A stretch of 64,000 nucleotides of DNA from a virus (taxonomy: Duplodnaviria; Caudoviricetes): positions 1-64,000 of the IMG/VR virus record IMGVR_UViG_3300020050_015145, one strand, 5' to 3'. Below the pieces are notes generated by a model. The model saw only the letters and a program-made list of their open reading frames with translations. It had not been told where the DNA came from and made no database searches. Below are positions 56,044 through 64,000 of the stretch, one piece after another. The position numbers were made by a program, and so were the translations under genes. Each line of letters begins with the position of its first letter. Within the stretch, counting starts at the first letter, position 1.

Positions 56044-56831
56044 TTATCGGGTATTCTTCCGACTCATTTCCTCCGCTTCTTTTTTGGCGCGTTCGGCACG
56101 TTCTTTTTGGTCGCTGTACCAGGTACCAATGTAGGCGAGATACGCTTCAAGCGGCTGATTAAGGAGGTAAGTGATGCGTTGAGGGTCTCCACCCGCAATT
56201 TCAAAGTGGTATTTGTAGCGCTCGTCAGTCCTATCCGCTTTGTAGCGGCGAGGCTGGATTCCAAAATCGACAACTCCATCATGAGTTGTTTTTTCAAATA
56301 ATTCAGGCCGTCGTAACTGTACAGCATTTGCCAGTTGACGTACTTGGCCATTGGTTGCGCCAAAAAAAAATCAAGCGATTCGGGCTGCTTCATCCAAAGT
56401 AGCTTATTGCGCTGGGCTTTGGCCGCATCGTACACCAACGGATTTTCATCTTCAGCAAAATACCACGCCGTTGCGTTGTCGTAGGTGCGCTCAATGCTCA
56501 AGTCATACTTGCGTCGTTGCCTCAAATTAACCACGTGCAGTTTGGCCGTCATTACGGCAGCATTGATGGCATCTTTGTCGGTTTCACTCATGATGGTCGT
56601 CAACACATCGTCAATAACTGAAATAGCACTGTCCAACGTCAAGCCATCCAGCTTCAATTCGTCATGGTCGCGGTTCATATCGGCCATGGCGTAGAATCTC
56701 CCTGCACTCATGGTGGTACCGCCTTGCGCAAATTGGTAGAACTTTACGCCATCTACCTCAAAAGGTTGCTCTTTAATGAGCGCCGGCTCAATCAGCCCTT
56801 CATCGAGAGCCTGTTTAAAATGTGGGTTCAT
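56044..56831 (-). CDS. Putative tail assembly chaperone with -1 frameshift extension
   Basis: Frame 0 ORF 56064-56831; -1 frame open from 56370 to 56044, starting at a T9 run. Confidence 0.6.
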
Positions 56832-57392
56832 TTATTTTCGTCTTTTAAAATCGCGTTTTTTATCCCAAGGAATACCGTGCGGTATTTGTTTGGTTAGCTT
56901 TTTATCTGCCCTCGCAAGTTCATCGGCCACTTTTTGGAGCTTGTCAGAAACGCTTTCGGTCGCAGATCCAAAATTGACAAGTGTCTGCCCAAGCTCTTCT
57001 ACGTCAACGCCCGGGAAAATCACTATACAATCCGGCAACGATTTCTCAACACGAAGCCTAAATAGTTCTTTGCTTATGTCTGGCTCACCTACTACAACAA
57101 CCACAGGCCGAGGCGCTGTAACGACTTTTCCGTCTTTATTTTCTCCCACAAAAAGCAATTCTCCTATCTTTTTAATCGCCCGTTTTACCTGCTTTAGGTC
57201 GGCTCCCGTGAGATTAAAAAAATTTTCAGCCTCTTCGCCGAGACTCCTCAAGCCGGCTTCAGGTTGACTATAGGCGCTGTTCACCCCGACCGTACCGGTA
57301 AGTTTGTCCAACAATGGTGCAAGTACTTTTTTTATTTCGGCGTCAAACTCTTCTTTGCTCGTTATCATTTGTCGTTGTTTTTGCGGGATCAC
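56832..57392 (-). CDS. Hypothetical protein
   Basis: 186 aa ORF in operon. Confidence 0.65.
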   Translation of the reverse strand: MIPQKQRQMITSKEEFDAEIKKVLAPLLDKLTGTVGVNSAYSQPEAGLRSLGEEAENFFNLTGADLKQVKRAIKKIGELLFVGENKDGKVVTAPRPVVVVVGEPDISKELFRLRVEKSLPDCIVIFPGVDVEELGQTLVNFGSATESVSDKLQKVADELARADKKLTKQIPHGIPWDKKRDFKRRK

Positions 57393-57799
57393 ATAAGCAC
57401 AACTCCCTTTTTCTTTTCAAGCCAAACGCTGTCCAACTCTTTTTCGTAAACGGTGAAATGGTAGCCTTTTTCGGTAATCACCAAATTGCCCTCTTGATAA
57501 AACACCTCGATATCCGTTGTTTCGGCGCCGATTCTCATCCAGTTTGCCACGCACGCCAAATGACTGTCCCGCTGAATCATGGCCATCATTGCATCTTTGT
57601 CGCTGCTGATTGGAAAATGTATCGTTACAACATGGCCAATAAACCCGCTTTTGGAGGCAGGGATATTTGTCAGCCAAACCCCAAAAATTATAATAGCGGC
57701 GCTAAACAGTAAGCAACTCATACTTTCTTTGTTTTGGACTGATTTCTTTCCTTCTTGAAACAGGGACGACTTTCCCCGATACCAACCGAATGCCGCCAA
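57389..57799 (-). CDS. Hypothetical membrane protein
   Basis: One TM segment; true start probably downstream of the annotated one. Confidence 0.55.
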   Translation of the reverse strand: MAAFGWYRGKSSLFQEGKKSVQNKESMSCLLFSAAIIIFGVWLTNIPASKSGFIGHVVTIHFPISSDKDAMMAMIQRDSHLACVANWMRIGAETTDIEVFYQEGNLVITEKGYHFTVYEKELDSVWLEKKKGVVLM

Positions 57800-58034
57800 C
57801 CTCCCGAACCACTACACAATCGGGATGAATCAAAAATGATTTATGCGGCCTTTCCAACTCCAATGTTCGGCACACCAATCCCAAATTGCGCGGCAGAAGC
57901 GTTGTTTTTCCATCCCGAAAATGCACTGTGGTGTAATTTCCGTATATCGCCTCGCAGTACTCCACATCGTCGGGATTGATGCCGAATTTGTTCTTTACCG
58001 GCAATACTTTTTCAGGGCCTTCGGTCACTTTCAT
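57702..58034 (-). CDS. Stand-alone LytTR DNA-binding domain protein
   Basis: INPDDVEYCEAIYGNYTTVHF...HKSFLI...VPVSRRK. Confidence 0.75.
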   Translation of the reverse strand: MKVTEGPEKVLPVKNKFGINPDDVEYCEAIYGNYTTVHFRDGKTTLLPRNLGLVCRTLELERPHKSFLIHPDCVVVREVGGIRLVSGKVVPVSRRKEISPKQRKYELLTV

Positions 58035-58285
58035 GGGGGGGGTAAGGATTTAAGTTGGTTAATTACTTCTTTTGCCTTTAAGGTGCTTAATCGTTCTTTG
58101 GCTCGGTACACGTCTTTTTGGCTTTCGTGCGACTCAATAGCCTGCATTGCCACCAATACATCAAACAGCCGTTTGTCCAGTTCAAAGGTTATCAAAAGCG
58201 CATGGCAATAGATCAATTCAAAAGACCCCGAACAAAGCCAGATTCTAAGCACCCGTAATGCTTTGTTGTAATCGGATTCTACCAT
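58031..58285 (-). CDS. Hypothetical protein
   Basis: 84 aa with ATGA overlap. Confidence 0.55.
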   Translation of the reverse strand: MVESDYNKALRVLRIWLCSGSFELIYCHALLITFELDKRLFDVLVAMQAIESHESQKDVYRAKERLSTLKAKEVINQLKSLPPP

Positions 58286-58463
58286 CTAACGAAGGTATTC
58301 CAGAACATTACGCCCAGACAAACAGGCCACAAGACCAAGCCGATAATAATAAATATGACGTACTGAATCAGGATACCCTTCGGTTTGGTTTCTCTGATAA
58401 AATCCATGGCCAAGCCCAGTCCCATCACAAGCCCGATTAAAAATAAACGATTGCAAAAAGCAT
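58279..58463 (-). pseudogene. Frameshifted small two-TM protein
   Basis: MLFAIVYF joins LIGLVMGLGLAMDF...FWNTFVRW if the T5 run (58439-58443) had one more T. Confidence 0.4.
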
Positions 58464-58466
58464 AGC

Positions 58467-58748
58467 CTATCCTTTTGGATTTTTAACTCCAATATTATCC
58501 AGCGCATTGGTAAACTCCGCCCTTGCTTTTTTTGCCATGTCCAGTTGGTCGTTAAGCCCCATTATGCGTTTGTCCAGTGCGTTCAGATGAAAAAGTACGG
58601 CTTCGTACACCACTCTGCCCCGGTCTTCGTCGGACATAGGGTCGAGATGATGTAATATTTCTTTAACAGTGGACTCTACATTACTTTGAGTCCGACCGTC
58701 ATTGCGCGAAACTAAAACTTCGCCTTGACCTGCGTAGTTGTTGTGCAT
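58467..58748 (-). CDS. Hypothetical protein
   Basis: 93 aa ORF. Confidence 0.65.
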   Translation of the reverse strand: MHNNYAGQGEVLVSRNDGRTQSNVESTVKEILHHLDPMSDEDRGRVVYEAVLFHLNALDKRIMGLNDQLDMAKKARAEFTNALDNIGVKNPKG

Positions 58749-58777
58749 TGTTATAGAATTTAAAAGGTTGAAAATGA

Positions 58778-59137
58778 TTATTTGTAATTTTCGCTATCGG
58801 CATCGGCGTGCGGCCAAATACCTTCTTTTCCCAATTTGGGCGTAGTGATAGGCGGGAATCTTATCGGCTCCAACTTAGACAGCTTTTCAGAAACCTCTTC
58901 CTTGGTTCTTATCTTTCTTATTTGCAAATCATAACCTATCTGCAAATCAATCCAATACTGTGCTGAAATACCCAAGCATTGCTCAAACAAAACCGCCATT
59001 CGAGCCGAAATCGGCCTTTTGCCTTTGATGATTGCGCTTAAATGGGCCTTTGAAATACCTGCCCGAACAGCTAATTCAATCTGCTTGATGTTGCGAGACT
59101 TTAACGTTTGCCCCAATACTTTGCCCGGATGTTCCAT
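58778..59137 (-). CDS. higA: HigA-family antitoxin / XRE HTH
   Basis: HPGKVL...KQIELA...LSAIIKGKRPISARMA...LGISAQYWIDLQ..YDL. Confidence 0.85.
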   Translation of the reverse strand: MEHPGKVLGQTLKSRNIKQIELAVRAGISKAHLSAIIKGKRPISARMAVLFEQCLGISAQYWIDLQIGYDLQIRKIRTKEEVSEKLSKLEPIRFPPITTPKLGKEGIWPHADADSENYK

Positions 59138-59328
59138 TAGTTAAATTTGAAAAGTAAATATCCGATACCGAACCACATGAGCACGATAAAGACAAAGTTG
59201 AATGGCGTAAGAGGCGGCTTGGCTGTGAGGTCATTGCGCAGTGCTTTTTCCTTTGCCTCAAGGTAATTGGTGATTTTAATAGCCAATGGATAACCAAGCA
59301 TCCACAATACAAATGATAGATTTTCCAT
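59137..59328 (-). CDS. Small two-TM membrane protein
   Basis: 63 aa hydrophobic ORF. Confidence 0.65.
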   Translation of the reverse strand: MENLSFVLWMLGYPLAIKITNYLEAKEKALRNDLTAKPPLTPFNFVFIVLMWFGIGYLLFKFN

Positions 59329-59330
59329 GG

Positions 59331-59837
59331 TTACACCAATTCAGTTAAATCGTTGATTTGCAAACTGTATTCAATCCGAAACCCAAACAGGTTGGGATTA
59401 TAGTTGCGCTCTTCGCTCACGGGCGTTTTCCAGTCATCCCGTATGATTTGTTCCGAGCGCACATCATACCGCTCCACACTGGCCATAGACACGCTTTGAA
59501 AGCATTGCAGCACTTTCACGAAATCAAACTCCGACTTGGAAACACCCAGATACACCATCCGCAGTTCATGGGTAAAATCCTCAAACTGCCCGTAATTGGC
59601 TTTTGGCTTCGGACTGCCTGAATCAAGCAAATGCGCTCCTTGAAAGTCGTACACCGTACTTTCCACGGTTACTTTTTTCAAGTTGGCATCAAATAGAAGA
59701 ATCCGTTTGTCACTTACCGAATACAAAGGTTTTACCCGACCGTGCGCCCTGTATTTAATTTGAGGAGGTTCACATTGACGGGTGATTTTCTTTTCTATAA
59801 GCAGGTCGATTTGTGCTATTTTTTCCGTGAGTGTCAT
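59331..59837 (-). CDS. Putative tail terminator / head-tail joining protein
   Basis: Beta-rich, ends FGFRIEYSL; likely start MTLTEK; assignment inferred. Confidence 0.45.
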   Translation of the reverse strand: MTLTEKIAQIDLLIEKKITRQCEPPQIKYRAHGRVKPLYSVSDKRILLFDANLKKVTVESTVYDFQGAHLLDSGSPKPKANYGQFEDFTHELRMVYLGVSKSEFDFVKVLQCFQSVSMASVERYDVRSEQIIRDDWKTPVSEERNYNPNLFGFRIEYSLQINDLTELV

Positions 59838-60223
59838 GGCATCTGTTTGGCTAATGGGTACTGACAAAAACCTTCGTGTCTCAAAGGAATGGCGGGCAAA
59901 ATCGTCAGAACCACTTTCGTCTCTTCTTCGGGAATAGAAAGTAGTTTGAAGATTTGCGCACACAGTGCTTTATGCGAAAATCCGCACTGCGCTGTTTTTT
60001 TGGTGATGGTTGCCACAAACGCATCTTTTGATGGTCCGTGGATTATGTACAGCTTACCATTCCCATCTGAATTAAATCGAATCTGTAACGTGTCGCCCTT
60101 TGCTCCAAGCAGCTTAACAGCGCCCGACGAAAAACGGACAGCACCCGTTTTGAGCAATACAATGGTGGGTATCAGGTTTTTGGGGCTGATACTTGGCCCC
60201 ACGGTGGTTTTGTCCAGTATCAT
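59834..60223 (-). CDS. Hypothetical protein
   Basis: 129 aa ORF. Confidence 0.65.
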   Translation of the reverse strand: MILDKTTVGPSISPKNLIPTIVLLKTGAVRFSSGAVKLLGAKGDTLQIRFNSDGNGKLYIIHGPSKDAFVATITKKTAQCGFSHKALCAQIFKLLSIPEEETKVVLTILPAIPLRHEGFCQYPLAKQMP

Positions 60224-60224
60224 A

Positions 60225-60551
60225 TTACCAATCAGAAGTTTTTGGTTTAACTTTTAATTCTCTCATCGTTCTGCATCGGGCAATTAATTTTTCGTCGGTT
60301 GCCTCCAAATAAAACACCTGTCTATATCCGTCTTCCAGCGTGACTACATATCGCGGTATTTCGTCGTCCATTCTTTCCACCGTAGCTTTAGGCCCCAACC
60401 CAAAAAAGTTAATAACCTTTTGTCGGCACTGCTCTTCGGTATCTCCCCAAACAGTCGCTTCAAATCGACCTTCATTGTAGTCGAACCGCCATTTTCTGCC
60501 CGATTTTTTTGGCTTTACATCTTCGGTTTTTAAGGCAAAGGGAGGTATCAT
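60225..60551 (-). CDS. Hypothetical protein
   Basis: 108 aa ORF. Confidence 0.65.
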   Translation of the reverse strand: MIPPFALKTEDVKPKKSGRKWRFDYNEGRFEATVWGDTEEQCRQKVINFFGLGPKATVERMDDEIPRYVVTLEDGYRQVFYLEATDEKLIARCRTMRELKVKPKTSDW

Positions 60552-60998
60552 TTATTGTTTATCATTTTGAAGTTGATTGCCCATCGCCCCGCCATTCTCA
60601 CTTACATACACCTGCAGTTTTTCAATGTTTTCAACCATGCATTGCAGGTCAATGCGGGTATAGGTTTTAAAATGTATGGTCCTGTTTTTGGCAAGCAGAT
60701 TAACAATCTCGTTTTTAAACTCCGACAGCTCTTTGTTTGCCCGCCAGCCGTTACAGTCAAAACAGCAATAGATTTTATTGAACCTGTTATTATACCCGCC
60801 TTTTGACACAGGAACAATATGCTCAACGGTTCTTTTTAATGGCTTTTTAAACTTGCGCAAACAATAGCAGCAGGCTTTTACGCTCAGCCCGATTTGGTTT
60901 GATTCAGGCTCTTTTTTCCATCCCTCCAATATCTTGAATGCTTCCAAGTTGAATTTGGCAACAGGCACGGGAATGTTAAAGGTTTTGGAAGGCTTCAT
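60552..60998 (-). CDS. HNH endonuclease
   Basis: CCYC...TVEHIVPVSKGG...N...CFDCN. Confidence 0.85.
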   Translation of the reverse strand: MKPSKTFNIPVPVAKFNLEAFKILEGWKKEPESNQIGLSVKACCYCLRKFKKPLKRTVEHIVPVSKGGYNNRFNKIYCCFDCNGWRANKELSEFKNEIVNLLAKNRTIHFKTYTRIDLQCMVENIEKLQVYVSENGGAMGNQLQNDKQ

Positions 60999-61303
60999 TT
61001 TCTCAAACGGTATAGTCGGTTCAAAAAAGCAATAAGCACCCTTAAATGCGCTTCTTTTCGGCAGTCAATCTGATTCATATTGACAATAAACCGACACGCA
61101 ACTTCGCTTTTTGACAGCGTCAAGCGCACATACAAAGGCAGCATCCACAAATCAATCGCCTGCCGGTACCACTTGCGACTTTCCTTTAGGTTTTTGTGAG
61201 CGATGCTCAGCGCAACAATGCCCGCAAACAAGCAAGAAGCACAAAAGCCGACAATTGCCGACCAAACCATCACAAACCCCGTCCAATAGTAAATTGCTTC
61301 CAT
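60995..61303 (-). CDS. Hypothetical membrane protein
   Basis: N-terminal TM segment. Confidence 0.65.
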   Translation of the reverse strand: MEAIYYWTGFVMVWSAIVGFCASCLFAGIVALSIAHKNLKESRKWYRQAIDLWMLPLYVRLTLSKSEVACRFIVNMNQIDCRKEAHLRVLIAFLNRLYRLRK

Positions 61304-61770
61304 TAGTTAAAATCACTCATTACTTTTTGTCTGAACTTATCCAAAAGAAACTTTTTCTCCGAGTCCGATAAATAAAACGCCGGACCGAAATAAGCCTCCA
61401 AATACCCCGCAATCTCCGCCATACCCCTATCCAAAAAACCTACCACCGCTTCTTTGGCACTGCTGCTGATGATGTTGTAATTGCGCATCAAATCACCCTC
61501 CATAGTAAAATCTATATGGCCCGTTTGACGGCCGCGTTTGCGACGCATCAATGCAGCAGCTTTTGAATAAGCCTGAATAGAGCGAGGGCTTTTGGTACGC
61601 ATCACATCGCCCCTCGTATTTCTTCCCTGCTGCTGAATGCGATGCGACACCAAAGCCATTCCGTCCGCCGCCACTTCCAATAGGTAACGTGACATATTGG
61701 CCTCCACCTTTCGGATGTTGACTTGCAGCTTGTAAGCTACTTCGGCAAGATTGGACTGGATTCTGATCAT
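61303..61770 (-). CDS. Neck / tail completion (virion morphogenesis) protein, putative
   Basis: Arg-rich segment then GHIDFTMEGDLMRN. Confidence 0.6.
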   Translation of the reverse strand: MIRIQSNLAEVAYKLQVNIRKVEANMSRYLLEVAADGMALVSHRIQQQGRNTRGDVMRTKSPRSIQAYSKAAALMRRKRGRQTGHIDFTMEGDLMRNYNIISSSAKEAVVGFLDRGMAEIAGYLEAYFGPAFYLSDSEKKFLLDKFRQKVMSDFN

Positions 61771-61781
61771 TGGGCTTTGGC

Positions 61782-62045
61782 TTAATCATAAATACTTGGA
61801 ATAACGGTAACAAATGGCTCGTTTTCGGGTCGTTTACCTGCGTAGGTAACATGACATCTAACCTCTTCCGCGCCGTACTCATACACCGTTTTATATCCGA
61901 AACGTTCGCACACTCGCTTTGCTTGTGCTTTATAATCACCCCTCATTTCTTTGGTAAAGAACCCCGCTTTTCGTAGTGGGGTAAAGGGAAAGTGCTCAAG
62001 CATGAACCTTTTCAAAACAGCGTCTTTTTCTGTTAAGGCTTCCAT
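61782..62045 (-). CDS. Hypothetical protein
   Basis: 87 aa ORF. Confidence 0.65.
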   Translation of the reverse strand: MEALTEKDAVLKRFMLEHFPFTPLRKAGFFTKEMRGDYKAQAKRVCERFGYKTVYEYGAEEVRCHVTYAGKRPENEPFVTVIPSIYD

Positions 62046-62054
62046 CTATTTAGG

Positions 62055-63032
62055 CTAAACATAACTCCCCATAAACCAACCGCCCTGATGCTCCGTATTG
62101 GTACCGGTCACCTGACTTTCTTCCAGATTGGTGTAAATGGTTTTAATGGCTTTGGTCAAATGGCTTTTGTACTGCACGTGGTAGTCATCCCGCAGTTCCT
62201 CCATTTTCATCTGGTTCGTATTGGTAAAGCCATTGAATTCATCCGAGGCCAAGCGCTCTTTGAGCAGCAGATGCCCGCACAAATACCGAAAAGCCGAAGC
62301 CAATTTGTCTTTGCGTTGCGTTACCATGCCCGCTATGTCGCCAACCACTTTACAATCCAAATGCACCGGCCATTGTCCGCCGACGGCTTTGGTATTCTCC
62401 GTCAAATCGTTGTTAGTACTTGAATTATACACCTCCGCCGCATTGCACACCGCGCCGCTAAAGCCTTTATTGGCCCACATGGGTCGCAGTAGGGTAGAGG
62501 TTTTTAGGCCCGCAAACAGACAAAACCCGCCCAAATCCACAATTTTTGTAGCCAATACAATCGGAATGCGGTTAATGCCCGCCGTCAGCGCCTGGTCGTC
62601 TTTGCGCCAAAGTTCCGTGAGTATATCACGGTCATACACCACAACTTGTGCCGTGCCGGAAGATTGGGCCCATACAATCAACTGAATCATTGAAACTCCG
62701 ACGTGTTTTTGGTAATTCATTTCAAAAACCACCCCGTGGTACCCGTGGTAAGAAGTGAAAGGCTGTAATGGGTCGGGAGTAGGAGGAACGGTTTCGCAAA
62801 GCTCGTGACGGAAATCGCGTTTTTCGGCCAATTGCACTTCAAAGTCAAGTGTCAGCTGTTCCAGCGCATTGGTTTTAACCCGCGTCCATAAATCATCAAT
62901 GCTTTCATTGTCACCGCTGCGCGTCAAACTGTCCACCATTTCCTGCGACAAACCCGTAAGGTCATTAACCAAATAGGTGGAGCCGCTATCCACGGGAGCC
63001 AAATTCACCAAACCATCAAATGTATTTGCCAT
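62055..63032 (-). CDS. Putative head-tail adaptor / structural protein
   Basis: 325 aa, first gene after the promoter/operator at 63122-63176. Confidence 0.55.
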   Translation of the reverse strand: MANTFDGLVNLAPVDSGSTYLVNDLTGLSQEMVDSLTRSGDNESIDDLWTRVKTNALEQLTLDFEVQLAEKRDFRHELCETVPPTPDPLQPFTSYHGYHGVVFEMNYQKHVGVSMIQLIVWAQSSGTAQVVVYDRDILTELWRKDDQALTAGINRIPIVLATKIVDLGGFCLFAGLKTSTLLRPMWANKGFSGAVCNAAEVYNSSTNNDLTENTKAVGGQWPVHLDCKVVGDIAGMVTQRKDKLASAFRYLCGHLLLKERLASDEFNGFTNTNQMKMEELRDDYHVQYKSHLTKAIKTIYTNLEESQVTGTNTEHQGGWFMGSYV

Positions 63033-63179
63033 ATCGCTTTTGTTTTGACAAAAGGGGAATGATTTATAAAACCATCCCCCTCTAACTCATTCCTAAACCC
63101 TTAACCTTATTTTTTCAGACACAAATATAATAAGATTTGCAAATATTAATAATAATACATAAAAATATTAATAATATAC

Positions 63180-64000
63180 TTACGCTAAATCAGCGTATCC
63201 CAGCTTTCTGAAGGTATCGTACTCAAAGCCCGTTAAGTCGTAACGAAATGTGTCACCGCAATTATGAACCAATATATTGTTGGCAAAAAACTCGGGGAGG
63301 CCTTCTACTGTAAGGTCATAGACCGTCGCTATTCTTTCGGAGTTGGGCAGCGCAAGCTCGGGAGCAACATTTTGGCCCCGTGTATCGGCAGGCGCTGAAT
63401 GTTTTTTTGCAATGAGGGCATTGGCGGTCAATGTGGTCAATCCTGTTAACTCTTCGGTACTTGGCTTTACAGGCTTGTTTTTCCATAGTGCTGACTTTGA
63501 GGTACTTAATTTACAAAATAAATCCCATCTCAGCAAGTGCTTTGCCTGAATAAAACCACGATTTTTTGTATAAATCGGGTGGTCGTCGGTGCAGGTAACT
63601 AAGTGGCCGTCCAGATTATAAGTTCTTACTTTTGCCGCTAATTCTGTGATCCCCGATGCCTTTACCCGTTTAAAACCTTTGCGAGTCAATACATATTCCC
63701 CCGTAGTTACCTGCTCAATTGGTTTAGAGCCGGTAAGAGTTTCCACCATTGTTCCCGCCACAAAGCAGTGTCCGTAGTCGAATTTGTCACAATCGGCCTT
63801 ATTCAATTTACCGTCGCTCAGTACCGACATTCGCGCAATGTCGCTCAGCAGTACCGTACAATTTTCCGAAATCACCAAATTGCTTTTGTAATAGCGAAGC
63901 AACGAATTGCAAATCATGCGACTGGTATCCGTACCCAGGTTGAAGGTCGGCACGCGGTCAAAATTCACCCACGCCGCTTTGTATTTTTTGAAATAAGATT
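63180..64000 (-). CDS. terL: Terminase large subunit, C-terminal part, with intein (5' truncated by the window)
   Basis: Frame open to the window edge; spliced C-terminus reads DKFDYGH-CGDTFRY, matching the terminase H..D..RY nuclease motif. Confidence 0.75.
   Translation of the reverse strand, partial: SYFKKYKAAWVNFDRVPTFNLGTDTSRMICNSLLRYYKSNLVISENCTVLLSDIARMSVLSDGKLNKADCDKFDYGHCFVAGTMVETLTGSKPIEQVTTGEYVLTRKGFKRVKASGITELAAKVRTYNLDGHLVTCTDDHPIYTKNRGFIQAKHLLRWDLFCKLSTSKSALWKNKPVKPSTEELTGLTTLTANALIAKKHSAPADTRGQNVAPELALPNSERIATVYDLTVEGLPEFFANNILVHNCGDTFRYDLTGFEYDTFRKLGYADLA
63261..63767 (-). mobile_element. Mini-intein, 169 aa
   Basis: Block A CFVAGT, block B TCTDDHPIY, block F VYDLTV, block G ILVHN followed by C+1. 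Confidence 0.9.

Larger units (their letters stand above)
1..64000. mobile_element. Temperate Bacteroidota phage genome, near complete, probably in non-integrated (attP) form
   Basis: Integrase, repressor, antirepressor, replication, lysis, portal, capsid, tape measure and terminase genes; no host housekeeping genes anywhere in the window. Confidence 0.95.

Noticed and set aside
451-63943. Numerous plus-strand ORFs of 60-250 aa
   Set aside because: Shadows of longer minus-strand genes with no recognisable motifs; only 19187, 20038, 52529 and 53120 are supported
1-64000. CRISPR array, diversity-generating retroelement, retron or alternative genetic code
   Set aside because: No repeat-spacer array, no reverse transcriptase motif and no TR/VR pair seen; long genes are intact under the standard code

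Overview
The whole 64 kb is one temperate, long-tailed dsDNA phage of a Bacteroidota host, inferred from TAnnTTTG -7 promoter boxes and signal peptides cleaving to an N-terminal Gln. Almost all genes are on the minus strand. Phage genes continue on both sides of the integrase, and a putative attP (tRNA-Ser-like 3' end plus TGAAACA arm repeats) sits right behind it, so this looks like a free or circular genome rather than an integrated prophage. The window begins in the 5' end of a gene running off the left edge and ends inside the terminase large subunit, so only a few kb may be missing. Modules: replication and nucleotide metabolism (1-8 kb); an attC-like cassette array and DNA modification genes (9-13 kb); recombination (15-17.5 kb); immunity and integration (18.4-21.5 kb); accessory genes (21.5-24.5 kb); lysis and signal-peptide-bearing tail fibre genes (24.7-32.2 kb); head and tail genes interleaved with accessory islands (32-63 kb); intein-containing terL. 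The most striking observations are (1) a phage-borne array of directional attC-like hairpins defining three cassettes with no IntI, one hairpin carrying a gene in its loop; (2) tail fibre and tailspike-type proteins with Sec signal peptides; (3) an ATTAATAATA motif present in at least 20 exact copies at promoters across the genome; (4) a hidden -1 frameshift in the putative tail chaperone gene. All protein assignments come from motif recognition by eye; no searches were run.
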